A DNA stretch of 46,669 nucleotides from a virus. Its lineage: Duplodnaviria > Caudoviricetes. Below, one piece after another: positions 1 to 8,100 of this stretch (position 1 is the stretch's first letter; every line of letters starts with the position of its first letter). The notes beneath the pieces are model-generated. The model ran no database searches and was not told where the DNA came from. It saw only the letters and a program-made list of their open reading frames with translations. A program made the position numbers and the translations under genes. The stretch is taken from positions 1-46,669 of the IMG/VR virus record IMGVR_UViG_3300036853_000124; one strand, given 5' to 3'.

Positions 1-254
1 GGTGCGCGCCTGGCAGTCCTGGGCCCCGCACCTGCGCACGGTGGCGTGGCGGGGTACTCCGGACCGTAGGCGGCAACTGAGCGGCGCGGCGGACGTGTAC
101 GTGGTCAGCTACGACACGGCAACCCGCGACATCGGCACCGTGGCCAAGCCGGGCGCGCTGCTCAAGATGGCGCCGGCCAGCCTCGTGCTCGACGAGTGCC
201 ACCTGATCAAGAACCCGAACAGCAAGCGGTCCACCCACGTGCGCCGGCTGGCTC
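1..254. repeat. Terminal direct repeat, copy 1 (circular overlap with 46416-46669)
   Basis: Identical to 46416-46669 except C127 vs A46542 (CGC/CGA, both Arg). Confidence 0.95.
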
Positions 255-1279
255 ACAAGGCGGGCATCGTCGTCGAGTTAAGTGGTACACCGATCACCCA
301 CGGACCTGACGACCTATGGCCGGCGCTCAACGCGATGAACCCCAACGCCTGGCCGGCTCGGGAGCGCTATGTCAACCGGTACTGCGAGGTAGTTTCGGGG
401 GACTACGGGGACAAGGTCATCGGCCTGGACCCGGCGCACGAAGACGAGTTCCGCACGGCCCTGCTCGGCCAGCACCGCCGGGTAGCCAAGGCGGACGTGC
501 TAGATCAGTTGCCGCCCAAGGTGTACAGCACCCGGGAGGTCGAATTGCCGGCGGCGTACCGCAAGAGCTACGACGACCTGGAGCGGGATATGTACGCCCG
601 CCTGCCGGACGGCCAGGAGCTCGGCGCCGGTCTGATCCTCACGGTCATGGGGCAGCTGTCGCTGATCGCCAGTGCGGCGGCCGACGTCGAGGTCACCTAC
701 GAGAAGGACCCCGAGACCGGACTCGACAAGCCCCACTACCACGTCGAGCTGAAGGCTCCGAGCTGGAAGGTGGACGCGCTGCTAGAGGTGCTGGACGAGC
801 GGCCCGACAAGCAGACGGTGGTGTTCGCTCCGTCCAAGCAACTGGTCATGCTCGCCGGGCAGGCCGCCACCGCCGCGGGGTACCGGGTCGGCTACATCGT
901 CGGCGGGCAGTCGCCCAAGCAACGCACGGCCACAGTGGACAGCTTCCAGGCGGGGGAGCTGGACGTCGTCTGTGTCACCACCCAGGCCGGGGGAGTAGGC
1001 ATCACCCTTACCGCGGCGAGCACGGCTGTGTTCTTGCAGAGACCTTGGTCCCTCGTCGACGCACTCCAAGCCGAGGACCGTCTACATAGGATCGGGTCGG
1101 AGATCCACGAGTCCATCGAGATCATCGACATCGTGGCGTCCAACACGATCGACAGCCGGGTACGCTCGGTGCTCCGTGAGAAGGCCGGTCAGTTGGCCGA
1201 CCTAGTCCAGGACCCGAGGATCGTGGCCGAGCTACTTGGCGGCCAGTCCGTTACCCAGCGAGGAAAGCAGGCGGCATGA
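2..1279 (+). CDS. SNF2/SF2-type DNA helicase, C-terminal piece (true start ATG 46360 across the circular junction; 444 aa)
   Basis: Motif II LVLDECH, motif III LSGTP, motif [10 protein letters not shown], motif [12 protein letters not shown]; no Walker A in this ORF. Confidence 0.9.
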   Translation: MRAWQSWAPHLRTVAWRGTPDRRRQLSGAADVYVVSYDTATRDIGTVAKPGALLKMAPASLVLDECHLIKNPNSKRSTHVRRLAHKAGIVVELSGTPITHGPDDLWPALNAMNPNAWPARERYVNRYCEVVSGDYGDKVIGLDPAHEDEFRTALLGQHRRVAKADVLDQLPPKVYSTREVELPAAYRKSYDDLERDMYARLPDGQELGAGLILTVMGQLSLIASAAADVEVTYEKDPETGLDKPHYHVELKAPSWKVDALLEVLDERPDKQTVVFAPSKQLVMLAGQAATAAGYRVGYIVGGQSPKQRTATVDSFQAGELDVVCVTTQAGGVGITLTAASTAVFLQRPWSLVDALQAEDRLHRIGSEIHESIEIIDIVASNTIDSRVRSVLREKAGQLADLVQDPRIVAELLGGQSVTQRGKQAA

Positions 1280-1599
1280 GCGACGTAGCCCGGAAGCGTG
1301 TCATCGACCAGGTGTGGGACGAACGGCGCCGGCAGGACGACAAGTGGGGCGAGCAGAACCATCCGGACATCGGCCCACGAAGCCACGCCGACCCCTACCC
1401 ACCCGAAGAGGCGGACGACTGGAAGGAGCGCAACACCGACCGTGCTGCGGACGGAACCCTCTCCTGGGACGGCATCCTCCTCGAAGAGGTCTACGAGGCC
1501 CTGTCCGAATTGGACCCCGCCAAGCTGCGCGCCGAGCTCGTCCAAGTAGCGGCCGTCGCGGTGGCGTGGATCGAAGCTATCGACCGGCGGGCGTCATGA
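1276..1599 (+). CDS. MazG-like nucleotide pyrophosphohydrolase
   Basis: [14 protein letters not shown] and ILLEEVYEA...[17 protein letters not shown] pattern of phage MazG-like proteins; ATGA overlap with helicase. Confidence 0.7.
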   Translation: MSDVARKRVIDQVWDERRRQDDKWGEQNHPDIGPRSHADPYPPEEADDWKERNTDRAADGTLSWDGILLEEVYEALSELDPAKLRAELVQVAAVAVAWIEAIDRRAS

Positions 1600-1610
1600 C
1601 CATGTAGGTT

Positions 1611-1644
1611 GGTTGACTTACACGCAGTCTGCGTGTAGGTTAGG
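1611..1644 (+). promoter_or_regulatory. SigA-type promoter with palindromic operator in the spacer (copy 1)
   Basis: TTGACT(1613-18), 17 nt, TAGGTT(1636-41); palindrome TACACGCAG-T-CTGCGTGTA at 1619-1637; 32/34 identical to reverse complement of 5080-5113. Confidence 0.85.
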
Positions 1645-1647
1645 GGC

Positions 1648-1686
1648 ATGACGAACAAGCGCCAACATGGCTCAGCGGGATGCTAA
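1648..1686 (+). CDS. Possible leaderless 12-aa leader peptide MTNKRQHGSAGC
   Basis: ATG 6 nt after the -10 box; stop overlaps the start region of the GT2 gene. Confidence 0.4.
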   Translation: MTNKRQHGSAGC

Positions 1687-2726
1687 TCGCGTTGGTACCG
1701 GCCCATAACGAAGCCCGCAATATCACCAACGCGATTAGCGGCCTGGAGACCCAGTCGGTTGCCCCGGACAAGATCGTCGTCGTGACAGACAACTGCACTG
1801 ACGACACTGCCGCCGTAGCCCAGGCGCTAGGTGCGGAGGTGTTCGAGACCGTCGACAATGGACACAAGAAGGCGGGTGCGCTTAACCAGGCGCTCGCGTG
1901 GCTGCTGCCCCAGTTGTCACCAGACGACGTGATCCTGGTGCAAGACGCTGACAGCGTCCTAGACGCGCCATTCATCGCCACGGGGCTGGACTACCTAGCC
2001 AAAGGCTTTGACGCCGTCGGTGGCGTGTTCAGGGGCGAAGCGGGGCACGGCCTACTGGGGATGCTCCAGCGCAACGAGTACATGCGGTACGCCCGCGAGC
2101 TGTCGCGCAAGCCTCGCGTGATGGTGCTGTCCGGTACGGCGTCGATGTTCGCGGTCGCCACGCTCCAGGCGGTCAGCCAGGCGCGGCATAGTGGTGAAGT
2201 GCCGGAGGGTGACGGAGTCTATGACACCACAGCACTCACCGAGGACAATGAACTGACGCTGGCCTTGAAGACCTTGGGACGCAGGCTCGCGAGTCCGGCC
2301 GAGTGTGGCGTGAGTACCGAACTCATGCCGACGTGGCGTGCGTTGTGGAAGCAGCGTCTCCGCTGGCAACGAGGGGCACTGGAGAACATCAGGCGCTACG
2401 GCCTAAGCCGGGTCACCCTGCCCTACTTCGCGCAACAAGTGGGTATGGCTATCGGTGTGCTCGCAATGACTCTTTACCTCGGCATGTCACTGACTGCCTT
2501 TGTCCTGCTGGACGCTCCGTTCACTCTCAGTCCGTTCTGGACAGCCGTAGGTCTGGTGTTCGTGGCGGAGCGAGTAGCCACTGTCAAGGGTCGGGCGGCT
2601 AAGGCCCTGGCCTTCCCACTGCTGATCGAGATGGCATACGACCTGTTCCAGATGGGCGTGTTCCTAGCAAGCGTTACGCAGATCGTCTTTAGGCGTGAGG
2701 CCAAATGGTCTCACTTTGTGCAGTAG
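1680..2726 (+). CDS. Processive family 2 glycosyltransferase (PgaC/IcaA/cellulose synthase-like), membrane-bound
   Basis: VPAHNE, DNCTD, KAGALN, DADS (DxD), TED and QRLRW (QxxRW) motifs; C-terminal hydrophobic helices. Confidence 0.9.
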   Translation: MLIALVPAHNEARNITNAISGLETQSVAPDKIVVVTDNCTDDTAAVAQALGAEVFETVDNGHKKAGALNQALAWLLPQLSPDDVILVQDADSVLDAPFIATGLDYLAKGFDAVGGVFRGEAGHGLLGMLQRNEYMRYARELSRKPRVMVLSGTASMFAVATLQAVSQARHSGEVPEGDGVYDTTALTEDNELTLALKTLGRRLASPAECGVSTELMPTWRALWKQRLRWQRGALENIRRYGLSRVTLPYFAQQVGMAIGVLAMTLYLGMSLTAFVLLDAPFTLSPFWTAVGLVFVAERVATVKGRAAKALAFPLLIEMAYDLFQMGVFLASVTQIVFRREAKWSHFVQ

Positions 2727-2740
2727 AGGTTGGGGTCACA

Positions 2741-2893
2741 ATGTACGGAAAGCTTACTGCTAGTACCGGCGGCGCCCTGGCGTGGACCGGCTTCCAGTCC
2801 CTATGGTTGGTCGTCGCGGGGTTGACCCTAGTGTTCGCAGGGTTAGCGATCATGAAGCTGATGCCCAAGCGTGACAAGGAGAGTAAGCGATGA
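2741..2893 (+). CDS. Small single-pass membrane protein (50 aa), likely partner of the glycosyltransferase
   Basis: MYGKLTASTGGALAWTG, one TM segment, basic tail; RBS-like GAGGTTGGGG. Confidence 0.65.
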   Translation: MYGKLTASTGGALAWTGFQSLWLVVAGLTLVFAGLAIMKLMPKRDKESKR

Positions 2894-2917
2894 GCGGTCA
2901 GTTTGGGTCCTTGCTGC
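2881..2917 (+). repeat. 37-bp direct repeat across a stop/start junction, copy 1
   Basis: GAGTAAGCGATGAGCGGTCAGTTTGGGTCCTTGCTGC; 36/37 identical to 3036-3072. Confidence 0.9.
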
Positions 2918-3048
2918 GGGATTACTGGCGGCTAGTCACTACGTACCCGCTGTGGTTCGGGACGCTCCCGGGCATAGTCCTCTGGTACACCGTACACAGT
3001 GAGGACGAACGGGACGAGATGGTGCGTAAGGCACTGAGTAAGCGATGA
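2890..3048 (+). CDS. Small hypothetical protein (52 aa, MSGQFGSLLRDYWRLV...)
   Basis: Translated by hand; ATGA overlaps at both ends; not in ORF track. Confidence 0.6.
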   Translation: MSGQFGSLLRDYWRLVTTYPLWFGTLPGIVLWYTVHSEDERDEMVRKALSKR

Positions 3049-3072
3049 GCGGTCAGTTTGGGTCCATGCTGC
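3036..3072 (+). repeat. 37-bp direct repeat, copy 2
   Basis: Matches 2881-2917. Confidence 0.9.
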
Positions 3073-3161
3073 TGGGGTCGGCCCTGACCGTGGGTGGACT
3101 CTACGCCGGCTGGTACGGCACGCGTCTGGTCGAGCGCTGGCAGGCCCGGAGGAGCAAGTGA
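3045..3161 (+). CDS. Small membrane protein (38 aa, MSGQFGSMLLGSALTVGG...)
   Basis: Translated by hand; ATGA/GTGA coupling; hydrophobic stretch. Confidence 0.6.
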   Translation: MSGQFGSMLLGSALTVGGLYAGWYGTRLVERWQARRSK

Positions 3162-3634
3162 TCCGGATCCTTGGCATCGACCCGGGCGGGACCACGGGGT
3201 TCGCAGACCTCATCGGTTGGCCGGGCTACTACCACGTTGAACCGACCCAACTCCGCGGCCGGGACACCGGAGACATGGACCCTGTTGGCGCCGTCAAGGC
3301 GATGCTCGGCATCCGGACGTACACCGTCGTCGCCATGGAGCGGTTCGTGGTGTCCCGTCGGGCCGGTCGGTCCAAGACGTCCGGAGCGGGGGAGCAGGCC
3401 CGGAACATCATCGGTGCCGTCACCTCCCTCTGCCAGGAGGCCGGCGTGCCCGTCGTGCTGCGGTCGGCTAGTCAGGTCAAGGCCTGGGCCACCGACAATC
3501 GCCTTGAAGCGGCCGGCCTACTCGCTCCCACCCGCGGCCTGCCCCACGCCCGGGACGCCACCCGCCACGCTCTGTACGCCGCTGTCTGGGACTGCGGACT
3601 ACCCGACCCACTGTCCGGAAGGGACAACGCATGA
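3158..3634 (+). CDS. RuvC-like Holliday junction resolvase
   Basis: ILGIDPGGTTG, VAMERF, HARDA acidic catalytic motifs. Confidence 0.8.
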   Translation: MIRILGIDPGGTTGFADLIGWPGYYHVEPTQLRGRDTGDMDPVGAVKAMLGIRTYTVVAMERFVVSRRAGRSKTSGAGEQARNIIGAVTSLCQEAGVPVVLRSASQVKAWATDNRLEAAGLLAPTRGLPHARDATRHALYAAVWDCGLPDPLSGRDNA

Positions 3635-3726
3635 CGTACGTAGACCTAATCCTCCTCCAGGTGGGGCTGATCGGCTGGTCCCTGTTTGGGATCATGATCT
3701 ACCTGCGCCGAAGGGACAACTCTTGA
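3631..3726 (+). CDS. Small membrane protein (31 aa, MTYVDLILLQVGLIGWSLFGIMIYLRRRDNS)
   Basis: Translated by hand; one TM helix plus basic tail; coupled both sides. Confidence 0.6.
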   Translation: MTYVDLILLQVGLIGWSLFGIMIYLRRRDNS

Positions 3727-4145
3727 GCGACAACCCACAGGACTACAACTGGACGAGCTCGGGCAAGGCCTTCGTCACCAAGGACTCAGGCGCCCGGCAG
3801 GAGTTCCCCTCGGGCAGCGTCCGCGACACCAGCGTGGGCAAGCCCCGGCCCGACCTGATCTCGCCACGAGCCACCCTTCGCCACGCCGCGCTGATGTCTC
3901 GTGGCGCGGAGAGGTACGGGGAGCGGAACTGGGAGCTGGGCCAGCCGGTCAGCCGGTACCTGGAGAGCCTCCTACGGCACATCCTGATGTATCAGCTTGG
4001 GGAGCGGACCGAGGACCACCTCGCCGCCGCCCGGTTCAACGTCGACGGGATGATCCACTTCGAGGGCACCTCGTTCGACGACATCAACGGCGGCGAGCCA
4101 CTGACTGTGGACTGGCCGAACGAAGAGCCGGAGGCGCAGTCATGA
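3723..4145 (+). CDS. DUF5664 dATP/dGTP diphosphohydrolase-domain protein
   Basis: KDSGARQEFPSGSVRD...GKPRPDLI...GAERYGERNWELG...SLLRH...DHLAAARFN; TTG start overlapping upstream stop. Confidence 0.8.
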   Translation: MSDNPQDYNWTSSGKAFVTKDSGARQEFPSGSVRDTSVGKPRPDLISPRATLRHAALMSRGAERYGERNWELGQPVSRYLESLLRHILMYQLGERTEDHLAAARFNVDGMIHFEGTSFDDINGGEPLTVDWPNEEPEAQS

Positions 4146-4300
4146 CGGTCACTGTCAAGTTGGTTAACGGAGACTCTCGTACCCACAAGCTCCGACATGG
4201 CGGGTGGGTGGTTGACGTCAACGGAGTCTTGCATGTGCGGGACGGCAACCACGTCATCCAGGCGAGCTACGCACCGGGTGTATGGGCGGAGGTCCAGTGA
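4142..4300 (+). CDS. Hypothetical protein (52 aa, MTVTVKLVNGDSRTHKL...)
   Basis: Translated by hand; coupled both sides. Confidence 0.6.
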   Translation: MTVTVKLVNGDSRTHKLRHGGWVVDVNGVLHVRDGNHVIQASYAPGVWAEVQ

Positions 4301-4686
4301 CCCGCAAGTGGGAAGACGTCAAGGCCGAGAAGGCGAGGATCGACAGGAAGAACGGGCGTGTGCGCAGGCTCTACATCGCCGGCCCGATGACCGGCCTGCC
4401 CGAGCAGAACTTCCCGGCCTTCCGCGCGGCGGCGGCCCAGCTCGTCGAGGCGGGCTACGAGGTGACCGACCCCTCGACCCTCGGCGAGCACGACGACTGG
4501 GCCTGGGCCGACTACCTCAAGCGGGACCTGCCCGAGCTACTGAAGTGTGACGGTGTGGCCGTGCTCGACGGCTGGAGCGAAAGCAAGGGTGCGTCCATTG
4601 AGGTGCGAGTGGCCGACGAGCTGGGCATGCAGGTCTGGTCGGTCCTGTCGTGGGTGGTCAACGCCCCTCGGCTACTCGCGGCTTAG
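4297..4686 (+). CDS. DUF4406 / nucleoside deoxyribosyltransferase-like protein
   Basis: YIAGPMTG...NFPAF...WADYLKRDL...CD...GWSESKGASIE. Confidence 0.8.
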   Translation: MTRKWEDVKAEKARIDRKNGRVRRLYIAGPMTGLPEQNFPAFRAAAAQLVEAGYEVTDPSTLGEHDDWAWADYLKRDLPELLKCDGVAVLDGWSESKGASIEVRVADELGMQVWSVLSWVVNAPRLLAA

Positions 4687-5075
4687 TCCAGCGCCTCTAC
4701 CGGGACCCTGAGCGTGGTGATGACGTGGCTGCCTCCAACCCGGGTGTCCCGCTTCAGGACCGCGACCGTCCTGAGCGGACCGTTATCGCCGTGCTCGACG
4801 AGGTAGTGGTCACCCCCAAGCCGCTTCACCAGGGCGTGTAGGGAGCGGAACCGGTACTGGGTCTGATCACCGTAGGGCTCAAACGCTGTGTACATCTCGG
4901 TCTGTCCTGTCAGGTCGGTACGGGCGCCCTTCCCCAGGCGGGGGATCGCCAGCACCTGGTGGGTCGGGTAGCCCCGAACCTGCCGGATGCCGTGGTCGGA
5001 GAGGAGGCGCCGGGCGCTAGCGGGGGTGATCCCGAAGTGCTCGGCGATCTCTTCGATGGTCATCAGTTCGTTCAT
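4683..5075 (-). CDS. Helix-turn-helix DNA-binding protein (probably leaderless)
   Basis: MTIEEIAEHFGITPASARRLL HTH and RLGKGARTDL motif; ATG 7 nt after the -10 box of promoter copy 2. Confidence 0.75.
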   Translation of the reverse strand: MNELMTIEEIAEHFGITPASARRLLSDHGIRQVRGYPTHQVLAIPRLGKGARTDLTGQTEMYTAFEPYGDQTQYRFRSLHALVKRLGGDHYLVEHGDNGPLRTVAVLKRDTRVGGSHVITTLRVPVEALD

Positions 5076-5079
5076 TTGT

Positions 5080-5113
5080 CCTAACCTACACGCAGTCTGC
5101 GTGCAAGTCAACC
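5080..5113 (-). promoter_or_regulatory. SigA-type promoter with palindromic operator (copy 2), driving the HTH gene
   Basis: Minus strand GGTTGACTTGCACGCAGACTGCGTGTAGGTTAGG. Confidence 0.85.
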
Positions 5114-5147
5114 CTCGCTACCAACCCTTCTAGGAGGGGACTTCTGC

Positions 5148-8100
5148 ATGCCCGAAACCAGCCCGTCACCCGTTGACAACGCCATCCGCCTGGTCGTGGC
5201 CGGCGCCACCGTGTTCCCGGTCCGCCTCGCCCTCGACGCCGACGGCAAGAAGAAGCCCGCCTACCCCGGCTCCTGGGACCAGTACCAGATGACCGCGGCC
5301 ACCGCCGGAGAGATCGCCACTGCCGGGGCCTACGGGGTCGACTGTGGACGGTCCGGTGTGGTCTACGTGGACCTCGACCGCAAGGCTGACATCGACGGCG
5401 TCGAGCTGTGGAAGTCACGCGGCCTGCCGGTCAGCCCCTTCGTCGTCAAGACCCAGTCGGGCGGCGAGCACCACGCCTTCCGTGCCCCGACCGAGCCCGT
5501 CGGCAACGCCTGCTTCAAGACCCTGGGCGTGGATGTGCGTGGTGCCGGTGGCCACGTCTTCGGTCCAGGCTCGACGGTCGAGGGGGGTGGGTCCTACGCC
5601 CTGGTTGGCTCTCTGCCGGCCTCTCTCGCCGACCTACCCGAGTATCCGGCCGACGCCGTAGAGGCGCTCAGGGCCGAGGACAAGGCCAACAAGCGGGCTC
5701 AGGCGGCCGAGCGCCGGCCAGAGGCGTTCACCCCGGCCCCTCCCGGCTCAGGCACCGTCGAGCAGTGCGAGCACCGCGTCCGCGAGCAGATGGCCATCCT
5801 CGAGGAGAGCGTGTCCGGCGGGTTCAACGACGAGCTCAACCGGCTGTGCTTCCTCGTGGGTCAGCTCTGCCGGGCTGAGAACGATCACTGGGATGAACCC
5901 CGGTACGCCGTCGAGGACGTCCGCGACCGGGTCATCGAGCTCTGCGAGGAGTCCGAGGCTATCGGCCCCCTCGACGCCACCGACTGGGGCACGATCAACT
6001 CCAGCGGCGCTCAGTCCGGACTCGACTCGCCGTACAACCCCGGGGGGCCGACCGAGGCCGAGCTGTCCTGGTCGGACATGATCACGGTCGAGGCACCCGC
6101 CCCGATCAACGCCGACCCCCTCGCCGGGCTGTACGTCGTCGAGGACCAGCCGGCAGTTGCCGGGCCGCCCCGCTCCAGGCTCTGGGGCAACATGCTCGAC
6201 GTCGACCGGCTCAAGGGCGACCCGCCCCCTACCCCGCCGTTCGTGCTCGAGGGGCTGCTCCGTGAGGGAGAGCTCGCCGCGCTGGTCGCCGGGGCCGGGG
6301 CGGGCAAGAGCCTGCTCACCTTCGAGCGGGCGCTCCAGGCCATCTCGGTCGGCCGCCGGGTCATCTACTTCGACGCGGAGAACTCCGAGCACGAGATCCA
6401 CACCCGGGTGGCGGCCTATGGCTTCAACGCCGACGAGGCCGACCTGACGGGGCTGGAGTACCTGTCGTTCCCCTCACTGAGCCTGGATGCCGAGGCCGAC
6501 GCCCGGGAGCTGCTGACCTTCGTCGCCGAGCTGACCGTGACCAAAGGCAAGATCGACGCGGTCATCTTCGACACGGCCTCCCGCTTCATCGCAGGGGTCG
6601 AGAACGACGCGGCGCCGTGGCTGGCCATGTACAGGCTGGCCCTGCTCCCGCTCAAGCGGGCTGGTATCGCCGTGCTCAGGCTCGACCACATGGGCAAGGA
6701 CGAGACCAAGGGTGCCCGAGGCAACTCGGCCAAGTCCGGGGACGTCGACACGATCTGGGAGCTCCAGGCGGGCAAGCCTCCTCCTGGCAAGAAGGTCCCG
6801 GTACGGGTCGAGCTGACCTGCACCAAGCAGCGATCGGGCACGCACGCTCAGTACACAGTGCTCAGTCGCGACGTCGACGCCAATGGCGTCCTCGGACACC
6901 GCGTCGACGGGTCGATGGGCGACGGAGTCATGCCGACGATGGCCCCACCCCGGGTGTCTCCGGTGGACGATGTGGTGGCCGTGCTGGACCGCTCGGGGTG
7001 CCCCAACGACACCGGTCGGCCGGCCGCTCAGGACTGGCTCCGGGACCGTGGGGTGCCCCTCCCGAAGGCAGGCACGACCGAGTGGGCAGCCGCCATCCGG
7101 GAACGCAAATCCCGGCCCGTTCAAGATCCAGTAGCGCCTCCCGAACAAGATCCACATGGCGCCGAATCGGGCACTGACGAGCTGTCCTGGGAGCTGTCCC
7201 AGAGATCAACAAAAACCAAGATCAGGACAGCTGTTCCGGACAGCTCAGGACAGCTCCAGGACAGCCAGGACAGTTTGGCTGTTTGTGCTGGTCAGGCTGT
7301 CCCGGGCGCTGTTCCCATGATCGACTGTTCGGGGGCCACAGGCACCGTTGTCCCCGCCCTGGGGCTGTCTATAGGACAGCCCAGGCAGGACAGCCTCAAA
7401 AATGATCATGAGGACGGTGCAGCCACTGGAGATGAAACTGAGGGGGGTACGCCACCCCCGGCCAAGATCAAGAAGGGGAGGCTCACTGACGAGGAGAAGG
7501 CCGAGCGGAAGCTGGCTCAGACCGAGGCTCGCCGAGCGGCGGCTGCGGAGAAGCGAGCGCTGGCTCTCGCCGAGGCGTCCGGCCCCCGGGTCGAGCTCCC
7601 CGCGGTAGTCGACCGGGCGGGCACCATCCGAGAGCTGACCCTCGCGGAGGCCATGCACACGGTGTCCGCCGCGCACGAGCGCTCCGGCTCGCTGACGGTG
7701 GACGTGGAGACGACCGGCCGACCGATGGGTCACCGGGAGTACGCACTCCGCACGGTCCAGCTCGGTGACGCGCTGGAAGCAGTCGTGTTCGATGCAACCC
7801 AGCACGCCGCCGCGGTGAAGACCCTTCTCGGTGAGGCGGACAAGCTCCACGCGTTCAGTGCCAGTGCCGACCTGGTCCCGCTCATCGCGGCGGGGCTGGC
7901 CGATGAGTCCATCTGGGCTCGGATGCTCGACGTGGTGATCCCGGCCAAGCTGGCGGACCCCTCATCCACGGGCTCCAGCGCCGACGGCCTGAAGGACTTG
8001 TCCGGGGACATCCTGGGCAAGCTGTCTGTCTCGCCGGCCGCGGAGGTCGACAAGAACGCGATGTTCAAGGCGGCTGGCTGGCTGGTTCAGACCAAGTTCG

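Noticed and set aside
1611-5113. Invertible segment bounded by 34-bp inverted repeats
   Set aside because: The repeats are fully explained as promoters, no invertase is adjacent, and inversion would reverse coupled early genes.
7000-7600. Intein in the replicase linker
   Set aside because: No C/S N-terminal block, HN-C/S/T end or LAGLIDADG motif; the sequence is repeat-derived and low complexity.
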